Source of the DNA: Ophelia neglecta
Lineage: Eukaryota
Direction of reading: 5' to 3'
Assembly: GCA_965285935.1 (NCBI GenBank)
Contig: OZ260664.1
Span: 17,732,001-17,796,000, forward strand
Length of the DNA: 64,000 nt
In this document: piece after piece, positions 39,301 through 52,200 of the stretch
Layout: every line of letters starts with the position of its first letter
How positions within the stretch are numbered: position 1 is the first letter of the stretch
Made by a program: the position numbers and the translations under genes
Notes under the pieces: generated by a model
Database searches by the model: none
Seen by the model: the letters and a program-made list of their open reading frames with translations, nothing else
What the model was told of the DNA's origin: nothing

Positions 39301-40162
39301 ATTTTCATTTAATTAAAGTTCAGAAGAAGGCAGTCTTGCCTGCCGAAAATTCGATATATATACCCTGGTGTTTTATTTTATTCAAATATTGTTTGCTAGA
39401 AATATCACCAATGTTAAATTAAATGTGTCCGATTTTCAGTTTTATAACGTTTGTACTCCATTAAGCTCCTTACCCAAAGAAAGTTTTATAAGTCGTGTTG
39501 TACAATCAGTTCCGGTAGGGGATCCGCACCCTATACGCTGCTATGCTAGGTCCGTGACGGCTAAGTTTCATGAACATGGACAAGAAAACACTTGACAATA
39601 TTTGTATCTATATAAAGAAGGCACTGTTTATTCAAGCATACTATGCTTCGAACTTTGAACTTCTGTACAGCGGTACCATTTTGGCTATATATTTTAATAG
39701 GCCATATAACCGTATGAAAAACGCACAGCATTGTATAATGTTGATCTTTGTAAATATACAGAAACTGAGTAATGATCACGGCAGTTGGATATTAAATATG
39801 CTATTATACCTGATTTTGTAACTGAGTCAATATTTTATGTTTTTATCAAAGAAACTAAATATACTTGCAAATTTGAGATACCACTTGCTAAAATAAGAAG
39901 TGGATGGGATTTACAGTGTTTAAATGGGGTAAACACTTTCAAGCGCTTATTCTGAAATGTCGGTAAAGGCGTTTTTTAAAGATCTATAATGGCCGCTTAT
40001 GGCAAAAGCCATGCAATGTTGTAGCTTGTGTTCTGATCGCTGCAAATGGACCCTCGTATCGTAAGCAGTAGTCAACACAAGTAGCACTGTAGTACGGCCC
40101 TACTTCGGATCAATGCTGGCCAAATATTGACATTGGCCCAAGTCGCACGGTCAGGTCAGTTT

Positions 40163-43100
40163 GAATATGCCTTCCAGGGCTGCTCTGTGAGTAATAATGA
40201 TGCTGCCATGGTCATATTGACCTGTTAACTTCAATATAAAGCAGAGAGGTGCCCTCGAAGCCATGCAGCTTGGCTACCACATGAATATATGGCAGTCCAT
40301 GATGGATAAGATATTTGATTAGTTGTTTTTCACTATTAAAAACAATTGACTTGAAATTATGTAACGAATGGGGGAAGCAATTATCAACCATGGTAAACTG
40401 TGCCACTGCCTTGTCTCTAGACTTTGAAGTCAGGAGCAGTCACATGTAGTATAAAAATCTCACGGTGCGTGGCGTGTAATTAAATTGGCTTCGTATACTG
40501 ATAAACTTTAACGAAAGATCAATAAAAAGCATCCCATTAATAAGGGGTCCATTCTGTATTTCACCTATATGTTATAACTAAACTTATTATTTAATTTCTT
40601 AAATGTAATCCATGATAGGGTAACGTTTGTGAAATTCACCCATCGTTTAATTTCGCGCAGTCATTAGCCTGATTCCGACTTCCTACGAGGAATAAGCTGA
40701 CTTTCTGCGGAATTAATCGATGCGGTTTATTATCTGACTTCTCCCTATTATGGCAATACATGTCAGGTGTATTACAGTTCACGTACGGTATAATATATTC
40801 CTGACCATGCTATTTCCTCCTTTATTCTGTTAAAAATGCAACTATGCATGATCATTTAAAGTATAAGCATTTATTTCCAGTACACCAAGAATATGCAAAA
40901 AGAAAACGGGATCTGCGAACCGACAATCTCCTGATTATGACCCCCAGGAGATAGAACCACCGCTAGTTAGTGTACATGTTAAGAACACATGTGAAATTGA
41001 TAGGGCTAGTTACTCTACAGCAAAGAATCAAAGATGTAATATAAATTACCTACATAATAAATTAGAGAAATCGAAGAATAATGAATTATTATGTGAAGGT
41101 TTATTTTGCTCTGTTTTATCATTATAATAATTCTCACAGCTTACCTAAGCAGAAACACAAATCTTAGATATTAGATATCACGGAAAAAGACACAAGAAAT
41201 GTGTAGAGAGTCTATTAACTGGACAATACTTTACACATGTGTCTATAGTTGTTTTTATTTGTTGTCCTACAAAGCGACGCTAGCATGCGATGGGCTTGTG
41301 GCCTGACAAGCCGCGCAACTTGTATTTACACAAGCATCGCTCTCGTGTTAACATCCACGGTCCGCTGCTCCTATTTATTGAGGAGTGACAATAGCCACCA
41401 GGGAGTTGCCAGCATACGCGGTCTGAACACACGGAATTTCTATAAACCATGTTAAATGTATTGGCCGGAATATTTAGGTGAAAATAGTTTTACCGGAAAA
41501 TTAAAGTAGTTTAATTTCAATGACAAGTAAACAACCATGTATCACTTATGGACAATTTTTAGGTTAAATCTCCCTTCAAGAAATCTGACTTGATGGCCGG
41601 TTACTTACCTTAAGGCCTGGGAAACATGCAAGGCGACTGCAGACATGATTAGTTTATGTGAAAAGGATATCCACAACCCTTCTCCTAGTTAATAACATCC
41701 AGAACTTGTCCCAGTTCAGTCCATCTCAAATGTTTGAATTTCTCAAGCAAGCACACGTTTCTTATTCCAAAGTCGAGAATTTAGAATAAGCCAATGTGAC
41801 TTATGTTTCCTTACATAGGAAAGCGCCCAAACATACTTGTTCACTATCAAATACTAAACAAGTTGATATTTCCTCCCCACCCCAACCGGTGAACCTTACC
41901 AGAATTGTGCTAACGTCATACATTTAAAGCTTTCAAATATTGTATAAGCATGAAAGATAACTAATAAATATGTACAAAAAACTTGATAAAAGGTTTTTTG
42001 TTCACCTCTATAGTTATATGCCTAGTTAAACGTTAACATTATATATCAATGAATACAGAACAGAATATGCCTTCTAGGGCTGCTCTGTGAGTAATAATGA
42101 TGCTGCCATAGTCATATTGACCGTGTTAACTTCAACATAAAGCATAGAGGTGCCCTCGAAGCCATGCAGCTTGGCTACCACATGAATATATGGCAGTCCA
42201 TGATGGATAAGATATTTGGTTATTTGTTTTTCACTATTAAAAACAATTGACTTGAAATTATGAAACGAATAGGGGAAGCAATTATCAACCATAGTAAACT
42301 GTGCCACTGCCTTGTCTCTAGACTTTGAAGTCAGGAGCAGACACGTTTAGTATAAAAATCTCACGGCGCGTGGCGTGTAATTAAATTGGCTTCGTATACT
42401 GATAAACTTTAACGAAAAGATCAATAAAAAGCATCCCATTAATAAGGGGTCCATTCTGTATTTCACCTATATGTTATAACTAAACTTATTATTTAATTTC
42501 CTAAATGTAATCCATGATAGGGTAACGTTTGTGAAATTCACCCATCGTTTAATTTCGCGCAGTCATTAGCCTGATTCCGACTTCCTACGAGGAATAAGCT
42601 GACTATCTGCGGAATTAATCGATGCGGTTTATTATCTGACTTCTCCTTATTATGGCAATACATGTCAGGTGTATTACAGTTCACGTACGTTATAATATAT
42701 TCCTGACCATGCTATTTCCTCCTTTATTCTGTTGAAAATGCAACTATGCATGATCATTTAAAGTATAAGCATTTATTTCCAGTACACCAAGAATATGCAA
42801 AAAGAAAACGGGATCTGCGAACCGACAATCTCCTGATTATGACCCCCAAGAGATAGAACCACAGCTAGTTAGTGTACATGTTAAGAACACATGTGAAATT
42901 GATAGGGCTAGTTACTCTACGGCAAAGAATCAAAGATGTAATATAGATTACCTACATAATAAATTAGAGAAATCGAAGAATAATGAATTATTATGTGAAG
43001 GTTTATTTTGCTCTGTTTTATCAGAATAATTCTCACAGCTAACCTAAGCAGAAACACAAATCTTAGATATTAGATATCACGGAAAAAGACACAAGAAATG

Positions 43101-43909
43101 TGAAGAGCGTCTATTAACTGGACAACATCTTTACACATGTGTCTATAACTGTTTTTATTTGTTGTCCTACAAAGCGACGCTAGCATGCGATGGGATTGTG
43201 GCCTGACAAGCCGCGCAACTTGTATTTACACAAGCATCGCTCTCGTGTTAACATCCACGGTCCGCTGCTCCTATTTGTTGAGGAGTGAAAACAGCCACAA
43301 GGGCGTTGCCAGCATACGCGGTCTGAACACACGGAATTTCTATAAACCATGTTAAATGTATTGGCCGGAATATTTAGGTGAAAATAGTTTTACCGGAAAA
43401 TTAAAATAGTTTAATTTCAATGACAAGTAAACAACCATGTATCACTTATGGACAATTTTTAGGTGAAATCTTCCCATCAAGATATCTGACTTGATGGCCG
43501 GTTACTTACCTTAAGGCCTGAGAAACATGCAAGGCGACTGCAGACATGATTTGTTTATGTGAAAAGGATATCCACAACCCTTCTCCTAGTTACATAACAT
43601 CCAGAACTTGTCCCAGTTCAGTCCATCCCAAATGTTTGAATTTCTCAAGCAAGCACACGTTTCTTATTCCAAAGTCGAGAATTTAGAATAAGCCAATGTG
43701 ACAATGTTTCCTTACATAGGAAAGCGCCTAAACATACTTGTTCACTATCAAATACTAAACAAGTTGATATTTCCTCCCCACCCCAACCGGTGAACCTTAC
43801 CAGAATTGTGCTAAGCATGCTAGATAACTAATAAATATGTACAAAAATCACCTCTATAGTTATATGCCTAGTTAAACGTTAACATTATATATCAATGGAT
43901 ACAGAACAG
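40163..43909. repeat. 1.9-kb tandem duplication (40163-42062 and 42063-43909)
   Basis: GAATATGCCTTC starts at 40163 and 42063 (period 1900). The copies are colinear, and the second has small deletions near 43810-43850. Confidence 0.95.
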
Positions 43910-45573
43910 TTTCTTACTTGCTTTAACCGTCTGTGCGTTGATATAAATTCGATTATTCCGTATTTCAACTCACGCAGGAGCAGTACGTTCGCAATTCACC
44001 ACCACTCTGGTAACTAAATTATTTTGTCAGATAGAGCTTACAAAAATGTCAAACGAACATAAATTCCGTCTAGTATATGCACTTCTGTCTGGCTGAAACT
44101 GGTTTGTGTACTGTGCGGTTAATGATAAAATGATCATGAGAAGTGACGCAACATTATGAAACTTGTAGTGGGGGGGGGGGGGGGGGGATAGTAAACAAAC
44201 AATTGTTGGCCGTTTCCATAGTTGCCTGAATGTTGTTTTTATAACTGGTGGGATAAAAATTGGTGTGCGTGCAAACAAAACGATCGCAAACAATCATTTA
44301 GCTACATTTACTTGTACAAAGAAAACTAGTTGCACGTTTTCAACAAATGAATACCAATCCAGCCTCTCTCCTTCCCCCCCCTCTCTCCTAACCCCCCCCC
44401 CCCCCCCCCCCCGCACAGACACAAACACTCAGACTAACTCCAGCCACCACCACTCCGCCCCATCCCTTATGTCTGTAGATTCTGGCATCATGTCAGATGA
44501 TGATTTGACAATGTGTTTATAAAACTTTACGTTATATTTAAAATTTTCATGGAGATAGTTAGAGCAGTGTGTTAGTTGGCCTTCTATCGATAGACATAAC
44601 ACATGAAGCATGACAATCAGGACACAAAACAATAACCTTAGTGAAAACAATTGGTCACCGTGCTATTTGTTTTTAAAAAAGCTGACTTAGAATCATCCAG
44701 GATTAGCCAAAATATACCCCTAGTTAGCTACATTTATATCAGTTTTACAACATTTGTTTTTAAAATTATTGTGGCAGATTTTCGGGGAAAAAGTCCCTGC
44801 TGAGTATGCTCCCTTCATGTAAATGTAAAATCCCCCCCCCCCCCCCCCCCAATCCACATATTTTCTTGGTACTAACCAAATTCCTCCTCTTGGTCCTAGG
44901 TACAAAGTAGATGTTCCCTGCCAATCCAGATACAAAATAGATGCCATGCCGTAAGTCAACACTACCTTCCATGGCATAATTGCTATTTTAACATAGCAAT
45001 CCGCCTTAAATTGACTTTGAACAAAGACTTCAGCATATATAATGTATTATTGGTGAAAAGGTTTTTATTCGTGAATGACATACTTGCCATATATAAGTAT
45101 AGGCTAGTAGCAATAAAATATATATGGTCTTTTGACGAAACTAAATTAGAATATAATTGTTTTATTAGCAGACTGCCTAGCATCTTAGACCCGGTCATTT
45201 TACAGGTAACCCCCCCCCCCCCAGCTGGTACCTCAGATAAGCGAAACTATTAATAAAGTACCATGTGATTCACCTGACCAATCAGAGGGATTCCGTTCTA
45301 GCGGAAGAATCACCCGACTGGTCGACTGGTCATTCTCGGCCTCAACACGGGACAGAGCAGACCCACCAGACGAGTGCATACCCACCAAAACGCTTGCTAA
45401 ATTATGTTAATGCTTTTTTTTTAAAGTTAATTTTTTATCCACACAGGTCTAAATTTCAGATTATTTTGCAGACAATCGACTACAAAGACGTAGAACCGTT
45501 TTTATAATATATTTATCATAATGTTGGCACAATGTTAAATAGTCTCCTGGCAACACGGATAAGCACCCTCTAT

Positions 45574-46055
45574 CTAATTTTTTCGACATAAATTAAAGCA
45601 TGCAGCGGTGAAAGCAATCAGATCATCAGCCAAACCTCCTACAAAGAAAATAACTAATCCCACTATGGGTATATTTTCCTTAATATAATTCCCTACAACG
45701 TCATTTTGGAGGAAATCACCAGTTTCGATCCAGTCAGTAGTATATTTAAGGCACATCACTGACCACATAATCACAATAGCCACGCCCATGTGGAAGTTTA
45801 GTACACAATCCTCGTGGTAAGGCATCATTTTAATCGTCTGGTTTGACCTGCCTTGTATAAATCCCGAGGTAATTATTCCAACAGGAATAGGAGTCATCAC
45901 AGTGAAGAACATGAGTGTACCTATAAAGGCGTCCTGTCGGAATCCACCTCCTTGCAATGCGGTATGGTGACCTGTCAGGAAGGCGAGTGTAAACCAGGAG
46001 TGCCAGGCCATTGTGGTCGGGCCTAAAGAGACTCAGTAAGAACGATATTAATGTC
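45574..46055 (-). CDS. Probable terminal exon of an uncharacterised multi-pass membrane protein, copy 1
   Basis: 145-aa ORF with 3-4 hydrophobic segments, open in all three units. Acceptors at 46056 and 46023. Differences between copies at its 5' end are synonymous. Confidence 0.5.
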
Positions 46056-48149
46056 CTGGAAAGACAAAAAAGAGTGAAATTGAAGCAGTTGTATTCCCAT
46101 AAGCAATAGTTAATGAGTTCGTAGCTAAGATAATTTGGGGAAAGAAGAAGGAGCCACAATGTTTCCCCCACAATATGAAAATGGCAAGACTATTTCAAAG
46201 AAACTTCCTGCACTATGTACTTCCTGCACTATGTACTCCAGATATATTAACTTTTTCTCTGTTCAGAGTAAGGATCTACTGAGCCGAAAGGATACGTATT
46301 TAAACGTTCAATTGTGATTCAAGGTCTGTAAAAGTATGTTAAAGTATACTGAGCTGAACTCTATATTATAGTATTCATGCTACATGTACATATATTAGTA
46401 TAAGTAAGATGGACGTTAACAGAGTGCCGAGTTAGTTCGACAATATAGTACTACATTGGAAACAAATCAAATATGAGAATCCGGCTACTTCAACTAAAGT
46501 GGTATAAATGTGTACATGTATTGGATATATCGTGATGGGGTAGTAAGTTTGAGCATTGCCATCCATAGGTGTAATTTCAGAAGTGCTTAATCTAACGACG
46601 AATTAATGCCTCTCCCACGCAGCCCATTGTTACGATGGATACCTATACCCATTGAAGGGTCCTGTCCTCTAAACCTATGAGAATGACTAGCGCTGTACTT
46701 CTTTTTATATAAAGTAAACCATCGGTTCTCTACTGCTATATACCATCGTCCCCCTGAAATGGTCTTTCACAGAATGTGTTGACAGAATTTGTAATAAATC
46801 GGATTCGTCCTCGGCTACTCGCTGAGAGTTCGCAATTTATGTTGCTGAGATAGTTTGTAAGGAGATAAGTAATAATATCTATTGAGAAGTACCTTAACCT
46901 TCGCGTCCGTCTCGACTGCTATATATACAGGATTTCCCCAAAAGGCCTCACACTAAAACCCATTATTTCTATACCAAGCAAGTCGTGTGGACGACACAGT
47001 AGATCTACAAGCTGGGCTAGCTAGACAGTTGTTAGTTGCTGCCAAACCGGACACAACTAAATGAATCCAGGATCAGTGAGTGAAGCACATAGCTTTGGCA
47101 ATAGCCCTTATCATTGGCTCACATCTAACAGCCTGACATTATGCATTTATAAGCTAAACAGGTCGAATAGCTGCTACACCTATAAAGTCCTCTATAGTGT
47201 TAGATAAATCCAAATATGAAGATATGCAGCAACTTCCCGATACGGCTTTCCAGCACCCACCCCAGCCATAACCCACCCCCTTAACTACCACCCAACCCCT
47301 ACCCCACCTCCAACTGACGTCGATTTAATTAACTGACCCTTGGTGACATTAGATAACATTTGCCTCCAAAAAAGACACGTCCCTGAGTCAACCGTATACT
47401 AGTACATGTATATGGCTATCAAACGATCAATAAAAATGCATCCGCTGCATATCATTGGCTCCTACCAAAAACCATCTAATACCCAACTGTGCAAATACAA
47501 CTATTCAGTACTTTATGCAAATTACTGCACATATATAAATTAATGAAAAATAAACAATATGCGCCCATTTCGAAACACTTATCTTCTGGACTGAGCCCAT
47601 ATATAACGGAATGGCATCCACATACATCATTATATACCGGGTCAGAAGCTTTGAACGAATTGTTCCCAGCAGAGCTAAGTGTGAGTTTAATATTCAGTCA
47701 GTAATTAAAGCAGACATGTTATTTGTTCTGATATATTTCTCATTGATCGGACGTGCTAGTGCGGAAGCAAGTAGGTGCAATAACACTATAAATCTAAAGG
47801 CATCGCTTGCTTTTCTTAATGCCCTATCAGAAGTGCAGGAAAAGTGCATATAGTTGATAGTATAAGTAAGTTCTTGTTAGCTTGTGTATGAGTGAGTATC
47901 TATCATTTTGTCAGAGCAAGTAAATTTGTATTAATCCCTGTTGAGATATATATTGTTTCCAGCTATTACGAACGCAAAAGAATATCAGAACACTTGCAAA
48001 ATGTAGCAAACTAACTGCATTCAATGCGGAACATTTAAAATTCACAGAAAAAAATCCTCATATGTAGATAATCGCAAACAGTCAACACATTGAACAGTAC
48101 TGATTGGGCATGTGCGAATATCTGTATAGATTGCTAGAAGAAACATCAT

Positions 48150-48530
48150 GTCGGAAATGATATTTCGTGACTCCATTTTTGAGTGACGCGATAAGATGAA
48201 TGAATTATAATAGGCACGTCGCGCTAATGCCTGTATATTTAAACCGTTCCAGTTGAAAATGCCTAGTTGAGGAAATATATCACCCCCGGAAACTGCTCAA
48301 TATATTTCATTCTTGATATCGACAAGAAATGTGACAAATCCGAACCATTTAATCACCGTGGACGAACATTATAAGCCTGCGTGAGAGCTTGTTTATTTTA
48401 ATCAATAACGAAAGTATGATTGGTTTTGGTGACGAAGAGGAGCATCTTAATGAAAATCAAGCTGGCTTTCGCAATAGTTAAAAGACAAGTCACCAATGTT
48501 CTGGACTATATGATACACAGTGTTAGTCTG
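48150..48530 (+). mobile_element. Decayed LINE RT fragment within the tandem unit (also ~55600-55950 and ~63040-63390)
   Basis: LNENQAGFRNS preceded by remnants of KK.D..P.N(Y)RG. Confidence 0.55.
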
Positions 48531-49102
48531 TTGGGTCTGTTGCTATAGCATTATATCATCGTAATTATTGACGTGGATAAACCGGTCCTATATATAAACG
48601 CGATTGATCCGAATATGATATAAACTCCACCATATAAGTTAAAAATTAGTCACGAGAGACAATATTAAAGCACGTCCTATTTACGGGGTATGTGTGTATA
48701 GATTTGTAAATTCGCACACAAGTAGGCATATATATCCATAGTTTACAAGGCATTCGGACTATTGCCTTGCAGCATTATACTTTTTTTTCATTTTATTTGT
48801 ATTGGTCACAGACTTTTCGTGTGCCATGTTTTGTATTTGATTACATAGGCCTAAAAACCAGGGAAATTGTGGGATTGTCAAGCATGCTTGTGAAATGATT
48901 ATAAACTTTGTAATACTGATTAAATCTAGAAAGCTGCTGTTTTTATTGTTGTCTGTGATAAAAAAAAAGGTTAAAGATAAATATTATTATTTGTCCCGAT
49001 TTTGGAGTAATCTGTAGACAATCGGGTAACCATTTCCACGTAACTTTATAATACAATTCGCAGGACTCTCACAGGCAAATTACCTCGTTATCTTTGCAAA
49101 TA

Positions 49103-49267
49103 CAGTGAAACCTGTGAAATAAGACCACCCAATGGACTGGAAAATACTGATCTGATTTCAGAGGTGGTCTGTTTAGGCAGGTAATTTACATTGAAAGTAT
49201 GCATCACGGTCCTCATAATAGTGGTCTGCAATGACAGGTGGTCTGATTATAGAGGTGGTCTCTAAGC
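49103..49267 (+). mobile_element. Tc1/mariner-superfamily (pogo-like) MITE, right end cut by the unit junction (also 56526-56690 and 63956-end)
   Basis: TA followed by CAGTGAAACCTGTGAAATAAGACCACC, with repeated internal AGGTGGTCT. The sequence stops before the expected right TIR AGGTTTCACTG. Confidence 0.7.
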
Positions 49268-52200
49268 TATTTCCTCCCCACCCCAACCGGTGAACCTTAC
49301 CAGAATTGTGCTAACGTCATACATTTGAAGCTTTCAAATATTGTTTAAGCATGATAGATAACTAATAAATATGTACAAAAAACTTGATAAAAGGTTTTTT
49401 GTTCTCCTCTACAGTTATATGCCTAGTTAAACGTTAACATTATATATCAATGGATACAGAACAGAATATGCCTTCCAGGGCTGCTCTGTGAGTAATAATG
49501 ATGCTGCCATAGTCATATTGACCGTGTTAACTGCAATATAAAGCATAGAGGTGCCCTCGAAGCCATGCAGCTTGGCTACCACATGAATATATGGCAGTTT
49601 ATGATGGATAAGATATTTGATTAGTTGTTTTTCACTATTAAAAACAATTGACTTGAAATTATGTAACGAATGGGGGAAGCAATTATCAACCATGGTAAAC
49701 TGTGCCACTGCCTTGTCTCTAGACTTTGAAGTCAGGAGCAGACACGTTTAGTATAAAAATCTCACGGTGCGTGGCGTGTAATTAAATTGGCTTCGTATAC
49801 TGATAAACTTTAACGAAAAGATCAATAAAAAGCATCCCATTAATAAGGGGTCCATTCTGTATTTCACCTATATGTTATAACTAAACTTATTATTTAATTT
49901 CCTAAATGTAATCCATCATAGGGTAACGTTTGTGAAATTCACCCATCGTTTAATTTCGCGCAGTCAGTACCCTGATTCCGACTTCCTACGAGGAATAAGC
50001 CGACTTTCTGCGGAATTAATCGATGCGGTTTATTATCTGACTTCTCCCTATTGATGGCAATACATGTCAGGTGTATTACAGTTCACGTACGTTATAATAT
50101 ACTCCTGACCATGCTATTTCCTCCTTTATTCTGTTAAAAATTCAACTATTCATGACCATTTAAAGTATAAGCATTTATTTCCAGTACACCAAGAATATGC
50201 AAAAATAAAACGGGATCCGCGAACCGACAATCTCCTGATTATGACCCCCAAGAGATAGAACCACAGCTAGTTAGTGTACATGTTAAGAACACATGTGAAA
50301 TTGATAGGGCTAGTTACTCTACGGCAAAGAATCAAAGATGTAATATAGATTACCTACATAATAAATTAGAGAAATCGAAGAATAATGAATTATTATATGA
50401 AGGTTTATTTTGCTCTGTTTTATCAGAATAATTCTCACAGCTTACCTAAGCAGAAACACAAATCTTAGATATTAGATATAGCGGAAAAAGACACAAGAAA
50501 TGGGTAGAGTGTCTATTAACTGGACAACATCTTTACTCATGTGTCTATAACTGTTTTTATTTGTTGTCCTACAAAGCGACGCTAGCATGCGATGGGCTTG
50601 TGGCCTGACAAGCCGCGCAACTTGTATTTACACAAGCATCGCTCTCGTGTTAACATCCACGGTCCGCTGCTCCTATTTATTGAGGAGTGACAATAGCCAC
50701 AAGGGCGTTGCCAGCATACGCGGTCTGAACACACGGAATTTCTATAAACCATGTTAAATGTATTGGCCGGAATATTTAGGTGAAAATAGTTTTACCGGAA
50801 AATTAAAAGAGTTTAATTTCAATGACAAGTAAACAACCATGTATCACTTATGGACAATTTGTAGGTAAAATCTTCCCATCAATCTGACTTGATGGCCGGT
50901 TACTTCACTTAAGGCCTGGGAAACATGCAAGGCGACTGCAGACATGATTAGTTTATGTGAAAAGGATATCCACAACCCTTCTCCTAGTTACATAACATCC
51001 AGAACTTGTCCCAGTTCAGTCCATCTCAAATGTTTGAATTTCTCAAGCAAGCACACGTTGCTTATTCCAAAGTCGTTAATTTAGAATAAGCCAATGTGAC
51101 TTATGTTTCCTTACATAGGAAAGCGCCCAAACATACTTGTTCACTATCAAATACTAAACAAGTTGATATTTCCTCCCCACCCCAACCGGTGAACCTTACC
51201 AGAATTGTGCTAACGTCATACATTTGAAGCTTTCAAATATTGTATAAGCATGCTAGATAACTAATAAATATGTACAAAAAATCACCTCTATTGTTATATG
51301 CCTAGTTAAACGTTAACATTATATATCAATGGATACAGAACAGTTTCTTACTTGCTTTAACCGTCTGTGCGTTGATATAAATTCGATTATTCCGTATTTC
51401 AACTCACGCAGGAGCAGTACGTTAGCAATTCACCACCACTCTGGTAACTAAATTATTTTGTCAGATAGAGCTTACAAAAATGTCAAACGGACATAAATTC
51501 CGTCTAGTTTATGCACTTCTGACTGGCTGAAACTGGTTTGTGTACTGTGCGGTCAATGATTAATTGATCATGAGAAGTGACGCAACATTATGAAACTTGT
51601 AGTGGGGGGGGGGGGGGATAGTTGTTTATGAAAACAAACAATTGTTGGCCGTTTCCATAGTTGCCTGAATGTTGTTTTTATAACTGGTGGGATAAAAATT
51701 GGTGTGCGTGCAAACAAAACGATCGCAAACAATCATTTAGCTACATTTACTTGTACAAAGAAAACTAGTTGCACGTTTTCAACAAATGAGTACCAATCCA
51801 GCCTCTCTCCTACCCCCCCCCCCTCTCTCCTACCCCCCCCCCCGCACAGACACAAACACTCAGACTAACTCCAGCCACCACCACTCCGCCCCATCCCTTA
51901 TGTCTGTAGATTCTGGCATCATGTCAGATGATGATTTGACAATGTGTTTATAAAACTTTACGTTATATTTAAAATTTTCATGAAGATAGTTAGAGCAGTG
52001 TGTTAGTTGGCCTTCTATCGATAGACATAAAACATGAAGCATGACAATCAGGACACAAAACAATAACCTTAGTGAAAACAAGTGGTCACCGTGCTATTTG
52101 TTTTTAAAAAAGCTGACTTAGAATCATCCAGGATTAGCCCAAAAATACCCCTAGTTAGCTACATTTATATCAGTTTTACAACATTTGTTTTTAAAATTAT

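Larger units (their letters stand above)
41867..49267. repeat. 7.4-kb tandem unit 1 (7401 bp)
   Basis: Starts TATTTCCTCCCCACCCCAACCGG and ends GGTCTCTAAGC. The ORF track recurs at about +7430. Confidence 0.95.

Noticed and set aside
41560-41866. LINE C-terminal relic (RRLQT..IHNPSPSY..IPKSR)
   Set aside because: Plausible but too degraded to list as a supported feature.
44429-44977. Rhodopsin-type GPCR remnant (SGLAGNIY; MLHVLCLSIEG)
   Set aside because: Only two loose motif resemblances, spaced too far apart, with no DRY or NPxxY motif.
45574-46011. ZIP (SLC39) zinc transporter assignment (HSWF; FTVMTPIPVG)
   Set aside because: It lacks the HSxxEG and HKxxxAF metal-binding signatures and the spacing does not fit, so it is left unassigned.
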